In this document: positions 38,981 to 48,704 of the stretch, piece after piece
Layout: the number at the start of each line of letters is the position of its first letter
How positions within the stretch are numbered: position 1 is the first letter of the stretch
Assembly (NCBI GenBank): GCA_963674695.2
Contig: CAXXGI010000001.1
Location: forward strand, 800,001 to 864,000
Length of the DNA: 64,000 nt
Reading direction: 5' to 3'
Origin: a bacterium
Lineage (GTDB): Bacteria > UBA10199 > 2-02-FULL-44-16 > JAAZCA01
Program-made: the position numbers and the translations under genes
The notes under the pieces: generated by a model
The model's database searches: none
The model's input: only the letters and a program-made list of their open reading frames with translations
What the model was told of the DNA's origin: nothing

Positions 38981-40117
38981 TTAAGCCTCCACAGCTTTAA
39001 GCTCCCTATCAACCCCCCTCAATGATTCCCAAATAAAACACAGCAACTCTCGTCCACATGCAACCTTCACCTTGTTTTTCTCTTTTCCCCGGCACAGCAA
39101 TCTACTCGACTTTTGATGCAACCGCTTCATACATCGATCGGCAATGGCTATGTATCGTTCATCTGTACCTTTTCTCATTTCCTTGAGTCGTTTGCTTACC
39201 CTTGGAATTCGAGCAGATGACTGGCATGCTTCTATCACACCGGTTCGTATATGCCGATTTCCCATCTTGCTCATGCTGAATCGATGCTCTTTTCCTCCTG
39301 AACTATATTCCCTCAAGTCCATGCCCGCATAGGAACAGAGCTTCCGTGGATGTGCAAAACGGGAAATATCTCCTATCTCTGTAATAAGGGTCATGGAGGA
39401 TAACGTGTCTAAGCCTCGATAACACCGCAAGGAATCCACTTTCTTTTTATAAAATGAGCTTTGAGCCAACCGCGCGATCTCCTTTTCATAGCAACCGATC
39501 TCTAGCTCTACCTGCTTTAAATGCATCAATAAGGAGTGAATGTTAAATTGGAAAACCTGGCTTTTATGCTTGGATGTTTGTCTTGATAGCCACTCCCGGT
39601 GCACCGCTGTCCAGTATTCTCGTCCTTTTCCCTCTTCGGTTCGATAATGAATCCCAGCGCAACGACAGGCTGAGAGGATATGCCTCTTGAGCTCCTTTGA
39701 TTGTTCTTTGAGGAACTTCCTGGAACGAACGATGCTTCGGACACATTCTTCCTCAGCATCAGGCACATGCACTATGCTCAGTTCACCGTTTCTGTAATTC
39801 CGCGCGAAGCTTCTACAATCGATCTTGTCTGTTTTTACAAATTTACCGGGCTTCTTTGGAATGAGAGAAGAGGCTATGACGTCGCAATGCCAGCCATGGG
39901 CCGAGAGATCCCGTTGAAGAGAAAATCCCAAATAAGTGCTCTCGTAGCATATTTTCAATTCTCCATTCTCCCCCCTGAGGGCATTTAACTTCTTCACCAA
40001 ATGAGCTACATTGGGCCTGCACGTAAAAGAAAACGTTTTTTCGGAATCGTTCTCTACCGCATGACCATGGAACGCATTATCATCGACATCAATACCAACA
40101 TAGACTATGTTTTTCAT
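38981..40117 (-). CDS. IS110-family DEDD recombinase/transposase
   Basis: YVGIDV, CYEST, VKTDKID, and Tnp20 motif SYAGM..YSSG..SKMGN. Confidence 0.96.
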   Translation of the reverse strand: MKNIVYVGIDVDDNAFHGHAVENDSEKTFSFTCRPNVAHLVKKLNALRGENGELKICYESTYLGFSLQRDLSAHGWHCDVIASSLIPKKPGKFVKTDKIDCRSFARNYRNGELSIVHVPDAEEECVRSIVRSRKFLKEQSKELKRHILSACRCAGIHYRTEEGKGREYWTAVHREWLSRQTSKHKSQVFQFNIHSLLMHLKQVELEIGCYEKEIARLAQSSFYKKKVDSLRCYRGLDTLSSMTLITEIGDISRFAHPRKLCSYAGMDLREYSSGGKEHRFSMSKMGNRHIRTGVIEACQSSARIPRVSKRLKEMRKGTDERYIAIADRCMKRLHQKSSRLLCRGKEKNKVKVACGRELLCFIWESLRGVDRELKAVEA

Positions 40118-40413
40118 CTGGATGCCCCCCTTCGATGAGTTAAATAATTTCACCCATAGTGAATTATTTATGAGTTAACCAGCGCTCGTTACATCAAGGG
40201 CTGGGCATCCATATATTCTCGCCCGCCGGCGGAATAAGAACACATTAGATTTCTGGCGGGCTCAAACATCATTCGGAATTTCGCCTTCGGCGAAACCGTC
40301 GGCTCTTCGCAGGCCAAAACGGCACGCTCCGCGAGGCACTACAACAGGGTAACTTCACCGGCCGGAGTAGAGTCATCTCTCATGCATACAATCATAGGAA
40401 GTCACAAACATGA

Positions 40414-40561
40414 ATCCATCGTCCGGCAGTGTGTTCGGAGGGGATCTCTTCTTTCATCGCGATCGAAGCTTATGATGATGCGATGAAAGAAGAAAAAGCC
40501 GTCGAGGCGGCGTGTGAGCCGAGACGGCGGTCCCCTCCGAACACACTGCCGGACGATGGAT
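40414..40561. repeat. ~145 bp palindromic MITE/REP-like element, copy 2
   Basis: Perfect 31-bp terminal IRs (40414-40444 / 40531-40561); inverted copy of 4273-4416. Confidence 0.88.
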
Positions 40562-40641
40562 CAAGACCACGACGCACGCGATGGGATTTTCCGTAGATCT
40601 CCCGGTACACCGCAAGCCGGACCCCTCCCGAAGGAGTACGC

Positions 40642-40760
40642 AAAAAAACCCACGAAGCCGTGAGGCCTCGTGGGCTTATTTGGGGAAAGGAGATGGGGGA
40701 TAAAGGTGGCGAGGGCTATCTCCTTCCCCCGACCCTCGCCAAGTCCTAAAATCACTTTGG
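40642..40760 (-). ncRNA. Candidate pseudoknotted small RNA with terminator
   Basis: Stem 40707-40715/40733-40741; its loop is complementary to 40682-40694; then hairpin 40649-40674 and U7. The 5' end is uncertain. Confidence 0.4.
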
Positions 40761-40835
40761 TTGACAGGATTCGAGGTTCTAGCCTACCCTCTGCATCCTT
40801 ATCGCGTTCGCGCGGGGAAAGTTGCTCACTTTTTT

Positions 40836-41885
40836 ATGAAAAAAATCGCCAACCTTTTCAAGAAGATAGCCCCCTGGTGCGTGGCCGCCGGGATTTTTGC
40901 CTATCTCTTCCACCTCTATCCGCCGGCCAAGGTCTGGCATGCGCTGACCTATGTGAACCTCCCCGCGTTCATCGCCTTTGCCGCGGCCTACTTCATCTTC
41001 ATCTTCGTCGTCGACAGCATCGTCATGCGTTGGGTCATCACGCACTTCTCGCATCCGGTCTCGCTCATGGATATCCTCACGGGGCGGGGTGCCACCTATC
41101 TCATCATGGTGCTCAACTATCCGGCGAGCCAAGCGGCCTATGCCTATTACCTCAAGCGTCGCTACGGCATCCCGATCTTCGAGGCATTGGGGATCTTCCT
41201 CTTCGTGATCTTCATCGATCTGCTCTGGATCATCTCGCTGGCGTTCGCCGGTTCCTTCTTTCAGGAGTACACCATCGGCGGCATCGACATCGGCCACATT
41301 GCGCGTCTCATCGGGCTGGGTGCCGCGATCTTCACCTTCGTCTGGCTCGCCTTCTGGCGACGCTGGCCCGAACGCGTTTTGGGACGGCACATCCGCATCC
41401 CCTTCATCGAACGCCTGCGCACACGCGGCGTCTTCAGTATCTTCAACAAAGCCACCGCCCCCGATTATCTCAAGGTGGCGATCATGCGCATCCCGATTCA
41501 CTTCACGATCATCATCTCGATGTATATCGTTTTGCACACCTTCAACGTCGACATCCCCTTCGTCAAAATACTGGGGAACATCCCGATCGTCTTCCTCATC
41601 GGCACGCTGCCGATCACGCCGGGGGGACTGGGCACAACCAACGCCGCAACGGTGGAGCTGCTGCATCCGTACATCACGGGAGCGATATTCGGGACGGGAA
41701 AGATCACGCCGCAGGAACTGCTCTTCTCCGCCACACTCCTGTGGATGTTCGCCAACTACAGCATGAAGGGGATCGTCGGAACCTTCTTCCTCAAGCGCGC
41801 CTCGAGCGATCTCTTCAAACCGACCGCGGACGTCCCGGAGGAAGAGGCCGAGGAGGAGGCCGCGCACATCGGGGGAAACATCTAA
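40836..41885 (+). CDS. Lysylphosphatidylglycerol synthase TM / flippase-like protein (UPF0104)
   Basis: Multi-TM protein with LPITPGGLGT motif. Confidence 0.8.
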   Translation: MKKIANLFKKIAPWCVAAGIFAYLFHLYPPAKVWHALTYVNLPAFIAFAAAYFIFIFVVDSIVMRWVITHFSHPVSLMDILTGRGATYLIMVLNYPASQAAYAYYLKRRYGIPIFEALGIFLFVIFIDLLWIISLAFAGSFFQEYTIGGIDIGHIARLIGLGAAIFTFVWLAFWRRWPERVLGRHIRIPFIERLRTRGVFSIFNKATAPDYLKVAIMRIPIHFTIIISMYIVLHTFNVDIPFVKILGNIPIVFLIGTLPITPGGLGTTNAATVELLHPYITGAIFGTGKITPQELLFSATLLWMFANYSMKGIVGTFFLKRASSDLFKPTADVPEEEAEEEAAHIGGNI

Positions 41886-42026
41886 ACGGTCAACATCTCC
41901 ACACCGCTGGGGCGTGATCTACCCATCTGACCGCACCTTCGCCGCCATCCTGACGCACGTTCTTTATTTTTCCGTTCAATTCTCACTTATTAGCGCCTCT
42001 CCTCCCCCTCGCAAGAGATGCCTGCT

Positions 42027-42042
42027 TGGCATGAATTTTGCT
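42027..42042 (+). promoter_or_regulatory. Sigma54 -24/-12 promoter
   Basis: TGGCATGAATTTTGCT, 22 bp before the ATG. Confidence 0.75.
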
Positions 42043-42064
42043 CTTTTAGTGTGTGGAGGGGACT

Positions 42065-42676
42065 ATGACGGATACACTACAGATCGTGCCCAGTGCGGAT
42101 CTCTCGTCGCTCTTTCACGAGAAAGTACAGAATGCGCTCAAGGCACAGCACGTTGAAGCCAGCGAGTTTGCCGAAATCTATCTCGTCAACCTGCTGGCCA
42201 CCTATCACGCCTCCGATCGCAACCTGCACGACGGCGGCGAAGAGCTCTTCGAAAAACCGCTGGCGCTGATGCTCTTGGAGGCAAACGAAGGCGATGATCG
42301 CAATCGCATCGCGCGGCTCAAACAGGTGGGCGATTCCGCGCTCATCATCTCGGGATTTTTCTCCGACAGCATCCGAAAGAGTCTCGTGGACCTGCCCTAT
42401 TACATCTCGATCGGCGGCTCGGCGTTCGCCACGCTCGCCGATATGCATGACAAGCACGCGACGTTCGCCGACCTCTATCAGGAACTCTCGCTCAAATTTG
42501 CCGCTTTTGTCGACGTGCTGGCGACGATTGCGCCCTGGAATCACGCCTTCACCAACGAGGAGCTCCTGCAGCTCTACATGCGATGGATTCAGTCCGGCGA
42601 TGAACGGCTGCGCCAGTTTCTCGAACGCCGTGGCATCGACACCTCGGCCGGAACGGGAGGAAAGAAACCGGCATGA
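42065..42676 (+). CDS. Hypothetical helical protein
   Basis: ggagggg RBS; YLVNLL, LKQVGD..SGFF, YYISIGGSA; function unknown. Confidence 0.8.
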   Translation: MTDTLQIVPSADLSSLFHEKVQNALKAQHVEASEFAEIYLVNLLATYHASDRNLHDGGEELFEKPLALMLLEANEGDDRNRIARLKQVGDSALIISGFFSDSIRKSLVDLPYYISIGGSAFATLADMHDKHATFADLYQELSLKFAAFVDVLATIAPWNHAFTNEELLQLYMRWIQSGDERLRQFLERRGIDTSAGTGGKKPA

Positions 42677-43293
42677 AGATTGGCGAAATCTACAGGATGA
42701 TCTGTCACCTCTACGGACTCGACGCCTCGCTCGACATCGAGCGTTTTCTCGTCGCGAGTCCCACGCCGGCAGAGTATATCATCGGCAACCGCCTGCCCGA
42801 GCGTGAGGCGCTCTTCATTCGCGACGCCCCCGACGGCCTGGAACTCGGCCTCTTCATCGCGCCACAGATCCTGGCCCGGCTCGACTCCGCCGATCCCCTC
42901 GACGAACTCGACGCCTTCGCCTGCGCCGTGGAGGGAGTGAGCCACTTCGCCTATGTCTGCGACCGCGCCGAACGCGAACAGCGCCTCTCGGTCCTCGAGC
43001 TCGAGCTCCAGGGGGAGATCGACAAATTCCTCCTCATCCACCTCATCGCCGCCGAGCGCGGCGGCAGCACCCACGCCCTCTTCGCCCGACAGTTCGAATC
43101 GCACGCATTCGACCCCCAGCTCTCTGTGGATGAGCGCGAATGCTATCAGACTGCCAGCCACTTCGCCGCCAAGTTCTGCGCACACCTGCGCGAACGCTAC
43201 TTCAACCCGCTGCGCCGGGATGAACTCATCGCCTCCGCGCGCGATTTCTTCGCTCGAGGGCTTTCCGAGAAGATCGAACGATTGGTCCCGTAG
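42673..43293 (+). CDS. Hypothetical protein with metal-site-like EGVSHF / ELELQGEIDK
   Basis: ATGA overlap with the upstream gene; GC-rich third positions. Confidence 0.78.
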   Translation: MKIGEIYRMICHLYGLDASLDIERFLVASPTPAEYIIGNRLPEREALFIRDAPDGLELGLFIAPQILARLDSADPLDELDAFACAVEGVSHFAYVCDRAEREQRLSVLELELQGEIDKFLLIHLIAAERGGSTHALFARQFESHAFDPQLSVDERECYQTASHFAAKFCAHLRERYFNPLRRDELIASARDFFARGLSEKIERLVP

Positions 43294-43328
43294 GTCAAAA
43301 CTCAAGAGGAAAGATTGGAAAAATAGAT

Positions 43329-44747
43329 TCAATCGAGCGAAGGGCAATCATTCGCATCACCGTTCACGATGTTTGTGTTGAAACGAACATAGCTGACTTT
43401 CGACGTCATCGTCTGACTCTCATCGATATTATTAAAAAACAGTAATCCAACCGCCTCCGGCCAACTGCTGCTCGCTGCCGTAAAATCACCGCAATCCCCG
43501 GAGGAGCAGAACAACGTATATGAATCGCCGGCAACCCAGGTTGCGTCATCGAAGCTCAGAAAGAGGCGAACTGTATCGGCGTGTTTTACGAGACAATACG
43601 AGTACGATGGCGCATCGCCCCCTCCTGTGGCCTGCCATGTCGGGGGCGATCCCGAAACCTGGGTCGAATAGGTCTCGGCGGAGTCATCGAACAACAGCCC
43701 CGCGACCAGACCACCATCCTCCATCAGCATGTCGGAGGCAAGCCCAAGCATCACAAAACCATCCTCCGCCCCGACGCGCTCGAAGGAAGAGATATGAGCG
43801 GAAACGCTAAAATCTTCCGCATCGCCCTTCTCCTTGTCCATGATGATCGTGATGTACGTGTCGCCCACGTCTTCGGTCACGAGGGTCATGACCAATACCC
43901 CATCCTGAACGACACGCGTCTTGAAGGCATTTTCTCTGACTTCGACACCCGCCCAACAGGCATCCAGCGTCGCCTCACTGTCGAACTCGTCATCGGCGGT
44001 ATTGAACAATATCGTCCCCGCCTCCAGGCCACCAACGCTGATCGTCGCCGTATAGTCGACAATCGCCTGACAGCTGGAAAGCCCCGTGACCACACAGGTA
44101 AAGTCCGTCTCGGATCCCTCCACCGCGCTGCACGCGCCTCCCTCCGCAGCCTTGGCCGCACTCGGGGATACAGCGCTCGCGCTGACCGTCTCCGCAACCG
44201 AAACGGTCGGGGTCACCGCCGGCGCTTGATCGAATGCCAACGTAAGGGTGAGCTGCCCCTCACCGTCGACCGTCTGCGTCACCGAGGTCTTCGATGTGAG
44301 CGTTGCCACCGGCAGAGCCGAGGTCGTCGTAAACTGCTGACTGGACCCCGTGATCAGGAGCCCGTCCGCATCCTGAACGTACCAGAGCGCCACCTCATAG
44401 GTCGTCAGATAATTGAGCGCTGTGTGCGCACACGTTGCCGTGAGCGCATCGGCATCGTAGGTCACTGCGGTGCAGAGCGACACCCCCGTCGCAACGCCCC
44501 CTTCGACGCGTCGAAGCGTGAGAAGCGTCTGCCACTGGCTCTCGGAATAGGAGGTCGAGACCGCCGCGCTGAACGTGGCCAGAACCGCCGCATCAATCTC
44601 CACATCCGTGCCCCCCGGATAGAGCGTTGTGGCAACGCTCGACTGCAGATCGGCATCGACGCCCAAACCAATCCCCGCCCCGCAGGCAGAGAGTATCACT
44701 GCCGCAGCAACACCGCAGAGACTGCATCGAAATATTCCCCTCTTCAT
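43329..44747 (-). CDS. Lipoprotein with Ig-like (Big_5-like) domains
   Basis: Lipobox LSAC; YPGGTDVEIDAAVLATFS..LNYLTTYEV..FTT; Ser/Thr-rich beta sequence. Confidence 0.72.
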   Translation of the reverse strand: MKRGIFRCSLCGVAAAVILSACGAGIGLGVDADLQSSVATTLYPGGTDVEIDAAVLATFSAAVSTSYSESQWQTLLTLRRVEGGVATGVSLCTAVTYDADALTATCAHTALNYLTTYEVALWYVQDADGLLITGSSQQFTTTSALPVATLTSKTSVTQTVDGEGQLTLTLAFDQAPAVTPTVSVAETVSASAVSPSAAKAAEGGACSAVEGSETDFTCVVTGLSSCQAIVDYTATISVGGLEAGTILFNTADDEFDSEATLDACWAGVEVRENAFKTRVVQDGVLVMTLVTEDVGDTYITIIMDKEKGDAEDFSVSAHISSFERVGAEDGFVMLGLASDMLMEDGGLVAGLLFDDSAETYSTQVSGSPPTWQATGGGDAPSYSYCLVKHADTVRLFLSFDDATWVAGDSYTLFCSSGDCGDFTAASSSWPEAVGLLFFNNIDESQTMTSKVSYVRFNTNIVNGDANDCPSLD

Positions 44748-44788
44748 ACCACCCTTCCTCAATCGAGACATACCCATCCACCCTCTAT

Positions 44789-44804
44789 TGCAAAACCCAT
44801 GCCG
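44789..44804 (-). promoter_or_regulatory. Sigma54 -24/-12 promoter
   Basis: Minus strand CGGCATGGGTTTTGCA with AT-rich tract upstream. Confidence 0.65.
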
Positions 44805-44947
44805 CTCGAAATTGACTGCAACATATTGGAATCATTCATTATACATTACATCTCAAGATCTCGTTCGGTACGAATAAACCCATAAACGTCAATATCCCGA
44901 CGACGCTCCTTGATTTCCGCAAGCCCTCTACGGTAGGGAAGGTCCCC

Positions 44948-45331
44948 ATGATCAGACGAACCCTCATCCTCTGCTGCCTCTGCCTGCTCGGGCTTGCCGC
45001 CTGTGGGAGCTCGAGCGATTATAGCTCGGACGTCCCCACCGACTCGCCGCCCTATGTAAACCGGATCGATCCCGCCAGTGGACAGGCCGGCGATGCGATC
45101 ACGATCTTCGGGTTCGGCTTCTCCGCGGCGGCCCCACTCAACATCGTCCTCATCGGCGGGGCCGGGAGCTCGGCCAGCGCCTATCAGCTCCTGCCGAATC
45201 CCACCGCCACCGAGGTCGAATCGATCACGGCGACCGTTCCCGTCGGCGCCGCCGTCGGTCAGGGGGCCATCGCGGTGTTTGTCGAAGATAATGTCAGCAA
45301 CGCCGACGTCCTCTTCACGGTGAACCCATGA
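44948..45331 (+). CDS. IPT/TIG-domain lipoprotein
   Basis: Lipobox LAAC; PYVNRIDPASGQAGDAITIFGFGF..ITATVP. Confidence 0.82.
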   Translation: MIRRTLILCCLCLLGLAACGSSSDYSSDVPTDSPPYVNRIDPASGQAGDAITIFGFGFSAAAPLNIVLIGGAGSSASAYQLLPNPTATEVESITATVPVGAAVGQGAIAVFVEDNVSNADVLFTVNP

Positions 45332-46353
45332 CCAAACCCCTCGAACAGATCCTGAAGGACACGACCGGCATCACCGTCGGCATCCGGGATGTCATCACGC
45401 TCCACGGCGATGCCAGCTATCGCACCTATTCGCGCGCCCAGCTCGACGATGGATCGAGCGTCATCCTCATGCAGATGCCCGCGGGAAAGGCATCGGCCTC
45501 CGAGGAGATCACCAACTTCACGGGGACGATGCAGGAGCCCTCCTTCATCAACGTGCAGCGTTATCTGGCGGGGCTTGGCATGCCCGTCCCGAAGATCCTC
45601 GGCTATGACGAAGAGCGCGCCCTCATGATCCTCGAAGACTTGGGCGATGACCTCATGGCCCGCCGGGTCGAGAAAGCCGACGCAGAGACGCAGCGGCACT
45701 GGTATGGACAGGCGCTCGACCTCCTCGTCGCGCTGCAGGAGAAGACGAAAGCCGCCAAGACAGGCGACTGCATCGCGCTCAAGCGTTCATTCGATGCGCG
45801 ATTGCTCAACTGGGAGTTCGATCACTTTCGCGAATACGGAATCGAGGCGCGGCGGGGAAAAGAGATGGCCGCCGCCGACCGTGCGATCTTCGACCGCGCC
45901 ACGCGTGCGATCAGCGCGCAGATCGAGTGGATGCCCTCCGGATTTACGCACCGCGATTTCCAGAGCCGAAACCTCATCATCTCCAATGAGCGGCTCCACC
46001 TCATCGACTTTCAGGACGCGCTCATCGGTCCGCATGTGTATGACCTCACCGCCCTCACACGCGATTCCTACGTCGTGCTCCCCGACGCGCTTATCGATGA
46101 ACTCGTCGGCCGATATGCCGAACGTGTGCGCCGCGACGTCGACGAGGTGCGCCGCGAATACGACCTCGTCACTGTCCAGCGAAAGCTCAAGGATGCGGGG
46201 CGCTTCGTCTATATCGATCGCGTGAAGGGAAACCCGAACTTCCTCCCGTACATTCCGACCTCGCTCGGGTATGTGCGCGCGGCGCTCGAACGCCTGCCCG
46301 AGCTGGCTCCACTGGCCGACGCCATCGCCCCCTACGTCCCGGAGTGGTCATGA
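45328..46353 (+). CDS. amgK: Anomeric MurNAc/GlcNAc kinase (APH family)
   Basis: GDASYRTY, EDLGD, HRDF..N, IDFQDA, QRKLK; upstream of a MurU-like gene. Confidence 0.82.
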   Translation: MTKPLEQILKDTTGITVGIRDVITLHGDASYRTYSRAQLDDGSSVILMQMPAGKASASEEITNFTGTMQEPSFINVQRYLAGLGMPVPKILGYDEERALMILEDLGDDLMARRVEKADAETQRHWYGQALDLLVALQEKTKAAKTGDCIALKRSFDARLLNWEFDHFREYGIEARRGKEMAAADRAIFDRATRAISAQIEWMPSGFTHRDFQSRNLIISNERLHLIDFQDALIGPHVYDLTALTRDSYVVLPDALIDELVGRYAERVRRDVDEVRREYDLVTVQRKLKDAGRFVYIDRVKGNPNFLPYIPTSLGYVRAALERLPELAPLADAIAPYVPEWS

Positions 46354-47087
46354 CGAAACCGATTCGACAGGCGATCCTGCTCGCAGCCGGTTTTGGCACG
46401 CGGCTCAAGCCGCTCACGCTCACCACGCCCAAGCCCCTGCTGCCCCTGGATGGCATGCTCCTCATCGATCATCAGCTGCGCTATCTCCACCGCGCCGGCA
46501 TCGAAACGGTCGTCATCAACCTGCACCACCTGGGGGAGAAGATCCGCGCACATGTCGGTGATGGATCGCGCTACGGACTCGAGGTTCACTATTCGGAGGA
46601 AACCACCATCCTCGGCACGGGCGGCGGAATTCGGCTGGCCGCAACACTCCTGGAGAACGGTCCCTTCCTCCTCCTCAATGCCGATGCCTTCATCGATGTC
46701 GATCTCGCCGCACTCGAGCAAAGGCATCAGGAATCCGGGGCCCTCGTCACGATGGCGCTCAAACGCCTCTCGCCCGAGGAGAAACAGACACCGATCGCTC
46801 TCGACGCCGACGGCTTCATCCGCGCGTTCGGAGAGGGATCCCACTTCTATATCGGCGCGCAGGCGATCGATCCACGCGCACTGGATGCCCTCCCCCCCGC
46901 AGGGACACCCTCCTGTCTCATTCGGAATGGGTATGACACGATGCTCTCAGAGGAAAAAACGATCGCCGCGTTCATCCACGACGGATACGCCAACGACCTG
47001 GGCACGCCAGAGCGCTACGAGCAGGCCAAGGATGACATCGCCCAGGGGCGTTTTACCCTGTGCAACCCGGAAGACCATGATGAGTGA
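46350..47087 (+). CDS. murU: MurNAc-1-phosphate uridylyltransferase-like nucleotidyltransferase
   Basis: [31 protein letters not shown]; coupled to amgK. Confidence 0.78.
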   Translation: MTKPIRQAILLAAGFGTRLKPLTLTTPKPLLPLDGMLLIDHQLRYLHRAGIETVVINLHHLGEKIRAHVGDGSRYGLEVHYSEETTILGTGGGIRLAATLLENGPFLLLNADAFIDVDLAALEQRHQESGALVTMALKRLSPEEKQTPIALDADGFIRAFGEGSHFYIGAQAIDPRALDALPPAGTPSCLIRNGYDTMLSEEKTIAAFIHDGYANDLGTPERYEQAKDDIAQGRFTLCNPEDHDE

Positions 47088-48681
47088 CACCGCCTTTCAC
47101 AACGAACTCCGCAAAGAAGTCGATCGTCGGCGCACGTTTGGGATCATCAGCCACCCGGATGCGGGCAAGACGACGCTGACGGAGAAACTCCTCCTCTTCG
47201 GCGGCGCGATCCAGATGGCCGGATCGGTGCGCTCGCGCAAGGCGGCGCGCCACGCCCGCTCAGACTGGATGGCCATGGAGCAGGAGCGCGGCATCTCGGT
47301 GACCTCTTCGGTGATGAAGTTCAACTACCGCGACTTCGAGATCAATCTCCTGGACACGCCGGGTCACCAAGATTTTTCCGAGGACACCTATCGCGTGCTC
47401 ACCGCGGTCGACTCGGCACTGCTCGTCATCGACAGCGCCAAGGGCGTGGAGAGCCAGACGAAGAAGCTGATGGACGTCTGCCGCATGCGTTCCACGCCCA
47501 TCCTGACCTTCATCAACAAACTCGATCGCGAGGGACTCTCGCCGCTCGAGCTCCTCTCCGATATCGAGGATCACCTGCAGATCGAATGCGCCGCGCTGAC
47601 CTGGCCCATCGGCATGGGAAAACGCTTTCGCGGTACCTTCGACATCTATCGCCACCAGCTCCACCTCTTTTCCGCCACGCACGGCGGAAAGATTCAGGAG
47701 GGCGTCACGTTCACGGACCTCAATGATCCACAGCTCGACGAGATCCTCGGCTCACAAGCGGACGAGCTGCGCACCGACCTTGAGCTCGTCAAGGGGGCCG
47801 GACACGCCTTCGACGTGGATCGGTATCTCGCGGGCGAGCAGACGCCCGTCTTCTTCGGGAGTGCGATCAACAACTTCGGCGTCCACGAGCTGCTCGACAC
47901 CTTTGTGGAGATCGCACCTGCACCCCTTCCACGCATGACGACGACGCGTGAGGTCTCTCCCTACGAGCCGGAGTTTTCGGGGATCACCTTCAAGATTCAG
48001 GCGAACATGGATCCGCAGCATCGGGATCGCATCGCGTTCATGCGGATCTGCTCGGGAAAATTCAAGAAGGGAATGAAGCTGCGCCATCACCGCATCGGAA
48101 AAGAGGTGCAGATCGCGCGCGCAACGATCTTCATGGCACAGAATCGCACCGGAATCGATGAGGCCTGGCCCGGGGATATCATCGGCATCCACAACCACGG
48201 CACCATCAAGATCGGCGACACCTTCACCGAAAGCGAAGAGCTGCGCTTCATCGGCATCCCCTCCTTTGCCCCGGAACACTTCCGCCGGGTGCGCCTGAAG
48301 GAACCGATGAAGGCCAAACAGTTGGCCAAAGGACTCTCCGAGCTCGCCGAAGAGGGTGCGGTGCAGCTCTTTCGTCCGCTGATCAACAACGACTATATCC
48401 TGGGCGCGGTCGGCGTCTTGCAGTTCGAGGTGATCATGAGTCGGCTCAAGGCCGAATATGGGGTCGAGGCCCTCTATGAACCGGTCTCGATGGCCACTGC
48501 ACGATGGGTCACCTGCGATGATGAGGACCGATTTGAAGCATTCATCGACGCCATGCGCGCAAACCTCGCGCGCGACATCGACGACAACCTCACCTACCTC
48601 GCGCCGAACGCCTGGCGCCTCGAAGACACGATGAAGGACTGGCCGGAGATCACCTTCGAAAAGGCCAAGGAACACCGCTGA
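47077..48681 (+). CDS. prfC: Peptide chain release factor 3
   Basis: [31 protein letters not shown]. Confidence 0.98.
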   Translation: MMSDTAFHNELRKEVDRRRTFGIISHPDAGKTTLTEKLLLFGGAIQMAGSVRSRKAARHARSDWMAMEQERGISVTSSVMKFNYRDFEINLLDTPGHQDFSEDTYRVLTAVDSALLVIDSAKGVESQTKKLMDVCRMRSTPILTFINKLDREGLSPLELLSDIEDHLQIECAALTWPIGMGKRFRGTFDIYRHQLHLFSATHGGKIQEGVTFTDLNDPQLDEILGSQADELRTDLELVKGAGHAFDVDRYLAGEQTPVFFGSAINNFGVHELLDTFVEIAPAPLPRMTTTREVSPYEPEFSGITFKIQANMDPQHRDRIAFMRICSGKFKKGMKLRHHRIGKEVQIARATIFMAQNRTGIDEAWPGDIIGIHNHGTIKIGDTFTESEELRFIGIPSFAPEHFRRVRLKEPMKAKQLAKGLSELAEEGAVQLFRPLINNDYILGAVGVLQFEVIMSRLKAEYGVEALYEPVSMATARWVTCDDEDRFEAFIDAMRANLARDIDDNLTYLAPNAWRLEDTMKDWPEITFEKAKEHR

Positions 48682-48704
48682 CTCCATTCATCTTGGATGC
48701 GCGG

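Larger units (their letters stand above)
38786..40220 (-). mobile_element. IS110-family element, IS1111 type
   Basis: 14-bp sub-terminal IRs (38786-38799 / 40201-40214), CTC core at both ends (38783-38785, 40218-40220), lower GC than flanks, non-coding region downstream of the transposase. Confidence 0.92.
38697..40367. repeat. Palindromic host element interrupted by the IS
   Basis: Perfect 29-bp inverted repeats at 38697-38725 and 40339-40367; further gttttggc/gccaaaac pairing. Confidence 0.85.

Noticed and set aside
38697-40367. 29-bp inverted repeats taken as the IS ends
   Set aside because: The inner 14-bp IRs, the duplicated core and the GC shift define the IS; the outer IRs belong to the target.
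46393-47076. Long N-terminal extension of RF3
   Set aside because: It overlaps murU in another frame; RF3 homology begins at about 47077.
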